DNA of 63,853 nt, filler included, from Octopus bimaculoides (taxonomy: Eukaryota), in NCBI RefSeq assembly GCF_001194135.2. It is 6 parts of 6 records of this genome, joined end to end, with 100 filler letters (N's around TTAATTAATTAA, not from the genome) between each part and the next. Parts side by side here need not be neighbours in the genome. Positions count along the whole stretch, not along the records: positions 31,557 to 59,414 come from NC_068981.1; 5 more parts are not named here. One strand, given 5' to 3'. Of this stretch, positions 36,853 to 49,154 are shown one piece after another. The translations under genes and the position numbers were made by a program. The notes beneath the pieces were generated by a model. The model worked only from the letters and a program-made list of their open reading frames with translations. It made no database searches and was not told where the DNA came from. The first letter of the stretch is position 1, and every line of letters begins with the position of its first letter.

Positions 36853-38296
36853 TTAAAACATGTGTTTCCTCGGAGTAACAGCTAGTTGATTTAATCTTTT
36901 ACCTAATTTAATACTATTACCTTATCCTTGAGGCTTTTTGTAGAGCCCACTTTATTGCAAGCATTCAGATCATATCTTCAAGGACATCAAAATCTTCATA
37001 CTCTTTACCAATATAAATGAATTGAAAGTGTTCATCCAAATGTCTGAATATACAAATCCATCCAACTTATAGCAATATATTGACAATGTGCAAATGCTTT
37101 TTGAAGATTTCACTCAAATCATTTCAATTCTACCATAATTAATTAATCACAGAATTTATCAGTTCTAATAGCATATTTCTACAAACAGGTTTCTTTTTTA
37201 AAGTGGTTTGCCATTGATATCAAAAATTACTCCTAGCTTTGTCAAGAATTACTAAATGAAAGTCATAAGAAAGGCTCTTTTATTTGGTTAAATTTTGAAT
37301 AGAAGCATTTTATTCTGTCTTTAAACTGTATGTGCTCTATATCAAATCTAAATGATAATCCAACACTAGTATTTCTTCTACCAGTCATCTTATCAAACAG
37401 GTCTTTATGCATTTACTACCATTCACAGATAATTGAGTATTTTTCTTGTAAAATTGAATGGACATGATACTTTCGAGGAAACATTGAGAATAAAGATTTC
37501 TTACACAGGCACAAAACTAATTGCTAAAGTGGGGTTATGTAACTAATATAATGAATACTATTATACTGATGTACTTGTTTTTTTTTTTGAACGTGTACAG
37601 TGTGCAGACAATCAATCTTGAAAGAATTTGACAGAACTGGAGGTCTGGATGCTATGGTCAGATCAACACTTTGGCTCATTGTTTATCTTTCCTCAATATG
37701 TCTAGAGTTTTGATTAACTGAAGTATTTTTTGCTTAGAAATTACTTTGCCAGTTTTAAAATAAGTTCATTATATATATACTGTTGGACAATACAGAAATT
37801 GTTCCTGAGCTAGACCTGCTATTTAATCTTAACACCTAGCTATATTTTCATTAAAAAAAAAAATAGTGTACCCAATAGCAAAGAATGTGATTTCAACCAT
37901 CCTTTTTGATATTTTGAGCAGTATATCTTTAAAAAACAGAAAGTAAACTATTTTCTCTTCATTTTTACAGCATGATTGAGAACACACATTTTGTGTGTCT
38001 ATGTGTGTATATGTATGTGAACACACACAAATGCACATATGAAAAAGACAAGAGATCATTTATATCTTGAGGAAGCACTAATGGAGACATAGTAAAGTAG
38101 TCCAAGTAAAAATAGCAGACAGTTCACAGTGAATGAATATATGGCTAGTGGTTTATGTGGCACTGCAGGTGAGCAGTCTCATTAAGCATATTTCTGGAAA
38201 ACACTTTCAGGGATAGTCAATATATTCACTTTTTAATTTTTTAACCAATGTTCATGTGAGAGCAAGCAAATGCACAAGTTTTATACACACACACAT

Positions 38297-38298
<2 letters not shown>

Positions 38299-38346
<48 letters not shown>
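38299..38346. repeat. (AG)n microsatellite
   Basis: Tandem AG units. Confidence 0.97.
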
Positions 38347-38350
<4 letters not shown>

Positions 38351-38981
38351 AGTTGAGTGTGTATAAATAGGCATGTACTTTTGAAAAATTATAAAACTGA
38401 CAAATTTACTCGAGTGTGAGAATTTAAAATCTGTAACTATCTACTGAAATTATTTCAATGTATTTCTTGATCTGACTGCTGCCACCTGTACAAAATATAG
38501 TTTTGATGAATAACAGACTAAACCAGTTAGTACTGACTGAATATCAGCATGTCTTTGCAGTTCAGCAGAAATAATTGGCACCAATGTGGAACCTGCAAGA
38601 AATAGCAGCCAAATCTCAACCTACTGCCTTAAATAATGTGGGATAGGTGAGAGTAGCTAGAAAGAAGACAATGATGGTGGTGATGAGGTGTAAGAGCATA
38701 CTCTCAAGATACAAAAAGGTGAATATAAGTGAGAATATAGACAACACAGGAAGGGTGGATGGATAAGTTGATCAGAGTGTGAGAGGAGAGTGACAAATGG
38801 TTGGAGGTAACTGTAAAGGTGAATGTAATGAACAGAACAAGGGTGGTGGTAATCAACTGTAAATATCAGTATAGCATGGGGGGGGGGGATGAAGGTGAAA
38901 GAATAGAAGTGGCTCAGGAAGGAGAGAAGTGGCAGTTCAGGAAGGGAAGAGAGCAGTAGTATAACAAACCTGTAAATGATG

Positions 38982-39020
<39 letters not shown>

Positions 39021-40004
39021 AAGAGTGTGTACAATGACAGGGATAGATGTCGGAGGTATGTATGAGTGACAATAGCGAAAAGGAAAAAAAAAAAGTGGGT
39101 AGGGCCATCGATGGCAGATATGCCAGGGTGAGGAGAATGACAGCATTGCCCTGGCATAGCTTACTTTGATAATAAATCAGAATTTTGAACCATAGTGTTT
39201 ACATCATTAACCATGATTTTTTTTGTTTCTTTTTTCAATATATGCAATGTAAGATGAACTTGAAAGTTAATTCTTTTCAAACCTATTCAAACACAAACAG
39301 ATCAGCAACTCTAAATCTAATACTGACATTAATAGAAGATTCTAATAATATTCCTTTTATAACTCTGATCAAGTTAACTGGATCTAAGGGACAAAGGGTT
39401 TATTTGCTTTAAGGAGAAGAAGAATTATGAAATATTTTATATCCATATTTTCTAGGAAATGATATACTTTTAGATGTAAAAACTCAGGCAAAAATTTTTC
39501 AATAAGATTAGAACCCAAACTGGTAAACCAACTTGCAGAACACATGAAAAATAATAATGAACCTCTGGTTGCTCACATGAACATACTTGAAGTAAACATG
39601 ATACTTAAGTAACAAAGAGAAACTTAAGACTTTCTGTCTTTAGCTCATCCAAGCATCTTTCGTATCCTTATATTTTCTGTAACAAGCACGTCTTAGAGAA
39701 TGTAATCTGACTGAATTTCAACTAATGATGTCCAAAACATTCTTTTGGAGAAGATCCATATTACTATGATTGCCAAGTTAGTTGTTAAAGCTCACTGCCA
39801 AAAATTACAGAATTTGTTTCAGTATTGAACGGCCTTAAGATGACATTTCTTGGTTCTGAGTTAAAACAAACTCTTTAATTCCACTTTCAGGAATTGATAA
39901 AGGAATAAACTGTAAGATTTATAATGGATAAATGTAATATATACAGTCACCTGTACAGTAAAAGCTGATAGGAAACATTAATGTAGAATGACTGCTATAC
40001 TGGT

Positions 40005-40200
40005 AAAATTGGTGGAGCATTGAACAAAATACTTTGCAATATTTGTTCCAGATGTTTGTGTTCTGAGTTCAATTTCTGCTAAAGTCAACTTTCCCTTCAG
40101 AGTTGACAAAATAAGTACCAATTAAGTACCAGGGTTGATTTAACTGACTGACCCCTTCCCAAAATTTGAACCCTTGTGCCAATGTTAGAAACTACTATTA
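40005..40200 (+). mobile_element. SINE family A, CpG-decayed
   Basis: gttctgagttcaatttctgctaaagtcaactttccc matches family A with CpG changed to TpG/CpA. Confidence 0.75.
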
Positions 40201-40235
40201 TTTTTGTTACAGCATCATTCGAGTGTTGGACCTCA

Positions 40236-40547
40236 TGGAGGCAGTGACAGGTGACTAAGACCTTTGGTGATACACCATGCTTGTGGAGACTTGTCAAGCC
40301 AAGTGAGACCATAGTCGTGGTCGATGCTGGTGTCATGTCAATGGCACCTGTGCCAGTGGCATGTAAAAAAACACCCAGTACACTCTTGGAGTGGTTGGCG
40401 TTAGGAAGAGTATCCAACCATAGAAACTTCGCCAAATCAGATTGGAACCTGGTGCAGCCCCCCACTTACCAGTTTTCAGTCAAACTGCTCAACCCATGCC
40501 AGCATGGAAAGCAGATGTTAAATGATGATGATGATGATGATGATGAT
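40236..40547 (+). mobile_element. RTE LINE 3' end with (GAT)n tail
   Basis: One 3' UTR repeat unit plus the conserved tail gagtggttggcgttaggaag...catggaaagcagatgttaaa(tga)n. Confidence 0.85.
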
Positions 40548-42238
40548 ATTTCAATATGGTATGCTGGCAGAATCAGCAGAGCATCAGAAAAAATGCTTTG
40601 TGGTGTTTCTATCAGTTCTTCACACACTAGGTTCAAATTCTGCCAAGTTCACCATGCTAATGATTCTGCCAGCTTGCCAATAATAATAATAATAATGGTA
40701 AAAATAATGGGTTCTAATTTAGACACAAGGCCAATAGTTTTGATGGGAAGGAATTAACTGATCTCATCAATCCCAGGACGTGACTGGTAATTTCTTTCAT
40801 TGGACCCTTACATCCTTTTGGGGTCAATAAAATAAGCACCAGTTGAACACTAGTCCCCCACCTCAAAAAATTTCAGGCCTTGTGCCTATAATAGGATTAT
40901 TAACATCATTATTATTGCTACTATTATTATAAGCAGTGTTGTGTTACTAAGACATTAAGTTCATGAGCAAAATTATCTATAAAACTTTCTGAAAATCTTC
41001 AATTAACTTCAGTCAGGCCTCACATAAATATAAGGTTTTCTTTCATTACAGAATATGAAGAAACTACTTGAAGGAGAAGTGTGTGTGTGTGTGTGTGGTG
41101 GAGGAGAACAGTCAGCTATCTCAACTAACCATTAATACAAAACTGATTAATACAGTTCTGATGAATAAAATCAAATCAAAAGCTATCTAAAGCAATCAAT
41201 AAATTGCAGTATAAAATAAACTGAAGAATTAACTTTGAGATCTTTTGTTTATATTTCATTTATTGGTGTCTCAATATGGAAGACTAGAATTGGTGGAGAT
41301 GACAGGTAATGGAGATTATTCTGTCAGGTTTATAAACTAACAGACTGAAAATAAACCATTTTTAATGGTAGTATATTTCAGAAAATAAATTTAATGTGAA
41401 CATTAAGTTCTCAACCTGCACTTTGGGAAAGAAACACAACTTAGGAACATAAAAATAGCTGATTAGATAACTAAAAAGATCAGCTTATCACTAAGAAACT
41501 ATATTATAGTTCTTTTAAAGCAATCAACAGTTAAAAAAAAAAAATGAAACAAAAACGAAGTAAATAGAAGGTGTGGTTAACAGGAAGAGCATATTGGAAG
41601 CTAAAGGCGCCAGTGGCAAGATTAGACTCTATACAACAATTGGGAAAGTTTACACAAACTGGTCAGAGGATCAATGGCATTTGATAAGATTAAGGAAAGA
41701 AAAACCTTAAGAAATAACCTCTAGATGCCTGAAAGCAGATCAGTGTTTGGAACAAAAGGTATTCCTAAATTCAACTTTGTGTAGTGGTGAGGTGTTGTCA
41801 GACAACGTAGTAACAGAATGTACCAAGTATAGAAAAAATAAAAGGGCAAAAAAAGGTTAGAAATTCAAAGATAAGCAAACAATGCAATCAGTGAGTATAT
41901 ACAATTCAGTTAAGTTTTTTAAACAGAACAGCTAGGCACTTAAACTTCTAGAATGCTAAACACATTGCTTCAGTAACAGTTTTCATTCAAAGACCATAGT
42001 CTGCAACAAATGACTCCCTAGAACTAATATAAATGATTGCTAACCTGAGTAAACTGGACACTAATGTCCAATGATAATATGATCACAGGTGAGTGAAAGT
42101 TCAGCAAATTCTTTTTACTTAGGAGTGCATTACAATATTTGATTTATTAAATATAATGTGAAACGAAGATAAAAGTAAGGTTTAGAATGCTATCAACAGT
42201 TAACTTCAAAAGAGGAAAACAGAGAGAGAGAGAGAGAG

Positions 42239-42375
42239 CTCAAGTAGTTAGATAGATACAGAGGGAGCCCAAGTAGTTAGTTAGATAGAGAGAGAGAGTA
42301 CCCAAGTAGATAGAAAGATAGATAGAGCACAAGTAGATAAATAGATAGAGATAGAGAGAGCCCAAGTAGATAAAG
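42239..42375. repeat. Minisatellite, ~5 units of ~28-32 bp starting (c)ccaagtag
   Basis: Units ccaagtag followed by (GATA/GA)n seen directly. Confidence 0.75.
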
Positions 42376-44287
42376 TGATTTGAAGAGACAAACTTAGAGT
42401 GAAATAAATGAAACCTAAGAAAAGTACTGAACAAAAAAAAAAGATGAGAAACACCTAAAAGATGTGAAAGTTATATTCATGAAAATGGATCCAATATGTC
42501 CATGCAGAGAACCTAATGATGGCCAACAAGGTTTTTACTGACAACTGCTTTTTTCTTCAATTGGAAAACATTCGTGTTTATCAACATTCAAATTAATATT
42601 AGGTGTAGTGTGTGTTACCGATAGCAGAAACTGCAAATTAGCCAAAGCAGAATGCATGATTGTAATTTTAAATTAGAATCACAGATCATTACTTGCAGTA
42701 TTTTCCTTCATTTTAATTGGAAATTGTAACAACAACATTGACAACAACAACAGCTGACATTTTCTGTGATTGTGTCCCATAAAATGGAAAATAAAAAAAA
42801 AAAAGTAAGAAAAGAACTCTGTAGAAAGCCTGCTTAATAAATAGTATGCAAGTTAGACTTGAACAGATGTCAGATAAAGTAATTAGTTGTTTGATAAATA
42901 GCTACTGTAGTAGGAATACAACACTCCCTAGCATTAGAGCTGGAAGTTTCAATAAGATAAACAATAAGGTTACAATGTTGGATAGGTTGGCAAATATTCC
43001 TCTTTATTCATTATTGATAAATGAAGCACACACACACACACACACAATGGGGAAAACTGAATTTGTACATGGTGGTAGCAGCAACAGTAGTAAGTAGTAT
43101 TATGAGGATGAAATGGAGGGGGAGGGAGCCTGTGCTCAGAATATTATTAAGTTAGGCTAGAAAATAAAGATAACCAGGTAGAGTTAATAGAGTTAATGTT
43201 AGAGATATGTAGTTGGACAGAAAGGAAGTTGCAGCAAAGTAATGAAAGGAAGGACAAATAGTGTTTAATGTGAGCTCCATGGAAGAAAACAGCTGGATGA
43301 CTGTAAGAAGAGAGGCAGGTAAAGCAAAGGGATTCAAATGGAAGCAGTAACAATCAGTGAATTTAGAGGAGCAGACCCCTGTGAAGAAAGAGGAGGAAGA
43401 GAGAAAGGATAAGAAGGATAGCTGAATGGTGGGTTGCTGTGTCTTGTTGGAAGTAATTTTGCTAATCAAGTGAATAATTTTCTTGGGATGCAGCCTAGAA
43501 TATTTGGTGTGTATAGAGAGAGAGAGAGGGAGAGAGAGAGAGAGGGTGTGTGAGCGTGTGTGTAGATATATATATTTCTGTGGTGAAATGTTTCCTCCCA
43601 ATCATGTTTGCAGCAGTTATCAAGGAATTATTCAGGATGAAGAATTTTCTGACTTTGAAGGAGAACCTAGTATTATAAGACTGTCTTGGTTATGTGAAGA
43701 ATGCATGGGATGTATGTATCCATGCGTGGTTAGACCTAATATTCTATAGTTTGATTATCATAAATAAATAACAATTGGAGGAGAGAATGCAGTGGTATGG
43801 GTGGTTTATTTTGTCAAAGAGTATCAGCAGCATTGTCAAAAAGAAGCCTTAATAGGGCTACCTGGTCTGCTGAAAATAGTCAAAACTCCTTCAATTTACA
43901 CCCTACTGTCTTGAAAGAAAGGACACACTGACCAATATAGTCCAAGGAATATAAAAACAAGATGGCTATGGTTGAAATACCTTTGCTCATAGTTCTGCTC
44001 AATTAGAGGCTGAACAAGAGCTAAACAACAGAAAAATTAATTCCTGCAGAAAAGAAATTAACTTTGAAGTATATAAAAGACAAAAGAATGATTCTTTACA
44101 TGTCCTTTAAGAAAGAAGAGATAAGCATGTGATCTTAAGATATTCTAAACTGAAAACTTAATACAACATGAAAGAATATTTCAGAAAATTGAAACTGAAT
44201 TTGTTAAACAGTTGAAGATAAAAACAATTTCTCCCCAGCCCAGAGCAATAAATAAAAAAAAAGAGAAAAAAAAGAGGGGATATACAC

Positions 44288-45640
44288 TTTTGAGATTCTT
44301 GACATCAGCAAAGCTTTCACCTGTGTATGGCATGCAAATCTCCTGTCAAAACTCCCTGCTTGCAGGATCCACCAGTCTTCTGTATTTATTGGTGGCTTCC
44401 AATGAGATTGCTCTATCATGGCTTCTTAACTATACTATGCTCAGAGTCCAGTTCATCCTCTATGCTCTTTCTTCTATACAATGATGACCTACTGTCCTCT
44501 CCAACAATGCCCACTTCTATGCAGAAGACACAACACTGATCCCATGAACAGAAATTCTAATGGAATCATGACAATCTTGTCTCCTTCAACAGTAGAGAAT
44601 ACACTCATTGCAAACATTGAGAAAACATGGCATCTCATTCCTCTAAATATGAATCAATGCAACTAAAACCCTTGGAATCACTTCTTACTACCACTGAAGA
44701 TCTCTCCCAGTTAGAGGGATTACCAGGTTCTAAAGTTAGTGGTAGTGAGCACATAAAAAAAAAGACATGCCATGATATATATCAAACAATTTTTAACTCA
44801 TTTCTCTTATATTGTGTGAAATATTTCATTAGTTATAATATAAGTAATTGTATTTACATTCATTTTTTTTCATGCTTCAGTAACAATGTCATTAATGTAT
44901 GAAACTTCATGGAATTGTCTAGAGTCAAGAGGTTATGATGTCAGAGTTTGTTTTGGTTCTTAATATGTCAGCAGCCACCAATACATGAGATTAATCAGAC
45001 AGTTCAAAAATACGGGAGGTTGATCAAATAGACTTCAAAAAGTTCTCCCAAGGTCATGTGATTAAGAAAAAAAAAAAAAAAGATTTGGCTTTTATTGCAC
45101 AAGTGAACTAATGAGTTGAAAAAAAATTCGTTACAAAAGTGGGGCGTGGTCACTTCCCTTGCTCCCCTACTAGCTATACCACTGCTCCCAATGAACCTAC
45201 ATCTTCAACATAGCAGATTTTCTTCATAAAGATGACCATTTGTTTCCGAATCAGAAACTACTAACTCCCTATTCAAGTGCTCAGTTAAGATTCACGGAGT
45301 TCTGCTCCTGCATCTAAGACAGTGCTGCAACTACACACAGACATTTTAGACTATTCTCAAAGAAAGGCCTTTCAACAAATAAATATGAAGTCAATCACAA
45401 CCATACTCATTCCTCTCTCTGCTTTTTTTTTACTGTTACTACAGTGGCCTCTGCTCCATGACAGTTGACTGGTCATGTGTCACGTTCATCCAGGAACTCC
45501 CAGCTCATCTTACCCCTCTTCTTTTCATCACCCATACAGTGTATGTCACTGTCCTTACACTGACTACTATGTCTCATCCTTCTGTGCACATTTTTTCTTA
45601 CAGCTGTCAACTTTCAGCATTTGGAACAGTAATGAAAGCC
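44288..45640 (+). mobile_element. Degenerate CR1/L2-group LINE relic (RT core and C-terminus), interrupted
   Basis: LDISKAFTCVWHANLLSKL, MLFLLYNDDL, HFYAEDTTL (YADD), and later YYSGLCS...HHPYSV..TDYYVSSF...IWNS typical of CR1/L2-group ORF2 ends. Confidence 0.7.
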
Positions 45641-45714
45641 ATTTCACTGGGTTCAGTGGGTCTGTAAAGACCATGAGAACAGCCGCTTCTTCCAGGTTAA
45701 ACTATATCTTGTAC

Positions 45715-45995
45715 TTATTTTAGTCATTGGACCTTTGAAGGGTTTTAGTCAAACAAATTGATCTCAGTTTTAAGTTCAGTGCTTATTATTATATTGGCCT
45801 CTTATGCCGAATCACTAAGTTATGGAGACAAACAAACACCAGTGCGACAAACACATACACAACTCCTCAGTTTCTGTTCACCAAATTCCCTCACAAGGAA
45901 TTGGTCATCTTGGGTTTATAGTAAAAGATACTTGTGCAAGCAAGTGGGAATGAACCAGAAACCACATAGTTGGGAAGTGGACTTCTTAACCACAT
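45715..45995 (-). mobile_element. SINE family C, decayed
   Basis: Matches family C tail and head segments. Confidence 0.7.
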
Positions 45996-46178
45996 AACCA
46001 AGCCAAATACATAAATAAATAAATAAATGGCTCAAAAAAAAAAAAAAGGTAAAAAGATATACTGTCACTGATTGTATGATAAAACTCTAAGAGTGTCTAG
46101 ATTATTCTTCTTTTAATCAAAAAAATATTGGTAATCTAATTTATAGTTTGGAAAGATATTTTACAAAAAGTAACGTAA

Positions 46179-46443
46179 TCCTTCTGTGACCATATTTTTT
46201 ATAAAATATAATGTTGATATGTTTCAATTAATTTTGAAAATAATCAAAAATTTGGAGGGCTTTGATAAAATAACCAACTTTTCTATTTATTGGTATATTA
46301 AACTGGTGTTTGGAGTATAAACACAACTAGAGATTCTTATGTAATATAATGGAAAATTTTAATTGAAGTATGAACAGTTTAAAACAAGAGTTTTCTGTAT
46401 CAAAGAATCAGGAGTGGTCTCTGGTGATTTGGTGTCATAAGGG
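46179..46443. mobile_element. TTAA-ended (piggyBac-type) MITE relic
   Basis: Right end cataagggttaa, degenerate left end gtaatccttctgtgacc. Second copy reversed at 36670. Confidence 0.5.
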
Positions 46444-47785
46444 TTAAGTTCAGTTAATTAACCCTCTCGGAAACATCTTTATTTCAAAGGTTAAGAATAA
46501 AATACAGTTTAAACTTAAGGGAATCACTGAACTTTTTCAATATTATAAATGGCATATACACAGACATATGCAGTTATTGTTAACTGAGGAAAACAAATTT
46601 ATGGTAGACATAAAATAACAAAAAGAAAAAAAGAAAGAATATGTAAAGAAAAATATTTACTGTAATGTATGGAAATATCCAGGAGCTGTTAAACAGCACA
46701 ATAAATCAGTTGATGCTATTGCCAACCACCATATGTGAACTTGCATTTTTCTCCACAAAATAGAATTTTTTTTAAAAATCAGATTTTATTTATTTTTCTT
46801 TATATATTTCATAAAATATAAATTTTATTAAAGATATTGCCTGCCACTTTTAATAAATATAGAAGGAATATATACACATACACACATGCTTGTTGGAAAC
46901 CTTACAAAATGTTAGCCAACTCCTGAGAACAGTAGAGAAAATTGCATACTGCTAGTGAGATCAATAGCTATTCTTGCAAGGTGAAGGCAATTTCACCAAC
47001 TCAATAGTTTAGATGTTTACATTGAACAAGTGATAGCCATAAAAGGATCAGAGTGTTATGGCATTCTAGATCTTCCAAATTAATATATGTCTGTCACATG
47101 GTACACACACGAGAGAACAAACAGATTACGCTCAAACATGTACACATTACAGCACCATACCACACACCACACACACAAAAGATGATAGTAGGACAGCTGA
47201 AGTTTGCAATAGGAGTCTTTAGTTTAATCTTAAACATCCATTACTCTAACAACATTCTGGCAGTTGTCAGAGTAATGGCATTTCGTACAGCAAATTTGAG
47301 CGATTACATAACTTGGGTCTTCCTTACAATGACAAATCAGGCATTCCAGGATAGCGAAGTATTCCCTATCCAATTAGGTAGGAATAAGACAAAAATATAC
47401 TCACACATCTAGGAACCAGTAGATGCTACACACATCCTAGATTGTATTCAAACTGCCATCTCATTAGTTAACAGCAAACCACTTCACACAAAAATGTTTT
47501 ATCCCTCTCTCTACTCTTACATTACAAGAATTCTTGCAATGAACTATTAAGCTATCACACCATATCCATCCAAGTCTTCATCCCAGCTGTGTCCTCTGTC
47601 CTAATCTTGTTCTAAATCATTTTCCTTATCCTTCCCTGTAACTAGTCATCTGGAACTCCTTCTTAGTTCACTCATTTATGACAAGTATCAACTGATCAAT
47701 AGTTCAAGTACACACAAACCATAATGATGCCATTAGTCCAAGAGGCCTAAATATGCTATGGATACTGCCTCTTTTTGAATTTATA

Positions 47786-48001
47786 CAAAGGGGTGCTGAA
47801 AAGTTCTTGGCTTTAAGGATATCACAAAAGGCCTGGTTGGAGGTCCAACCTTCCAAGCTCTTTTACAGGGCTTAGAAAAACTGAAGGACTGTTGCAACAA
47901 GTGTGTGATTCTGAGAGGAGAATATGTTAAATAAAATCATAACCAACTGATCTTCCTGTATTTTCTTTTACCCAAAGCCAGGAACTTTTCAGTACCCTTC
48001 A
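47786..48001 (+). mobile_element. Non-autonomous mariner derivative (~215 bp)
   Basis: TA-flanked TIRs ggggtgctgaaaagttcttggcttt vs reverse-complemented gggtactgaaaagttcctggcttt. Retains transposase C-terminus GLEKLKDCCNKCVILRGEYVK*. Confidence 0.85.
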
Positions 48002-48043
48002 TATATAAACATACACATTCACAAAACCAAACAGGCACTACTA

Positions 48044-49154
48044 CAAGGTGTTTGGGTAAAATTTCACGATTTTTTAATACCTTCATTTTTCAGTAACAAC
48101 TTGATGTATTGGTGATCAATCAATGGTGTTGGAGAACATAGAGATTAAAATTGTAGTTGAGAAAAAGTTAGCTGACATGGTTGATTGCAAGCAATCTGAA
48201 TATTAGAAATGAGCTACCTCTATCATGATGATTTGTGCTGACATCAAGAATGCTGCTCAGTGCTCTGTGAACACTGTAAATGCTGTAAGATGTGACATCA
48301 TCAGCTGTAATGGAGACTATGAAACTATGGCCAACAAGAAGGGTTACAGCAAGCAATCTGACTGTGTCTGCATGCTGGAATTCATCCAACCACTTCAGGA
48401 CAAGATGATGGAAGATCTGAGCAAGGGAATCTAAACTTTGGTGAAAGAGATGGGTGTTGGAGTCATCACCATGAGTAAGGACCTTCACAATGACTCATAC
48501 AAGAGGTGCAAGGGACAAACCAAGTTTCCCCAAACTTTCAGCGTCTCCAGTGATATCATGCTGACCCACATCTTTGAACAAGCCTTAGCTCAATTCAGAC
48601 AGCTGAGTGAAGCTGTTGTCAACTGTGGCCAAACCCTGGCTGGAGAAGGTTGTTCCTGGAAGGCCATATGTATGGTAGCAGGATTCAGCTCCTTGCCATA
48701 CCCCTGGAAAGAAACGAGTGGTTGTTGAAGAATTTCTATGACTTCACCAGCCCCAATTTCCAGCCTTCTAATTCTCCCGGTTGTTAATCCTATGGATTAC
48801 TGTGTGAGGGACATGGTTGAGAAAGACACCTGCTGCTCTGCCTGCAACACTAAAGCTGAGATGGTGGCCAAGATCAAGAGGGTGTTCAGAGATCTTTCCA
48901 GGGACATAATGAGGGTGACATGCACCACATTCCGGAGCTGTCTTGAAGCCGTGATAGCTGAGGGCAGCTACTTTGAGTAAACTGTTGTCTTCCAGCCATA
49001 ATGAAGTTGATATTTTTTGACTTTTTAAAAAAAATTTTATTTTTGGATAGGATGTTGTGTTTTGACTACTGGCATAATGACTCCCTAGACAAAGTAAAAT
49101 AATGTGTTTGCTTTTTCTTTTATGCAAACTCTCAAATTTAGTTTGAACATCCTG
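48044..49154 (+). mobile_element. Degenerate Tc1/mariner (maT-like) element
   Basis: C-terminal VVNPMDYCVRDMVEKDT..CNTKAEMVAKIK..TCTTFRSCLEAVIAEGSYFE*. Weak TIRs (caaggtgtttgggtaaaatttc vs reverse-complemented caggatgttcaaactaaatttg, 14/23 identical). Confidence 0.75.

Noticed and set aside
37590-38170. Possible plus-strand exons RQSILKEFDRTGGLDAM and MASGLCGTA|gtgagc
   Set aside because: Each has only one credible splice site and I recognise no protein family.
38650-43600. Purine-rich tracts (38650-39160, 43100-43600) as Penelope RT relics
   Set aside because: The resemblance is too faint to support. They are left as unassigned low-complexity or old repeat sequence.
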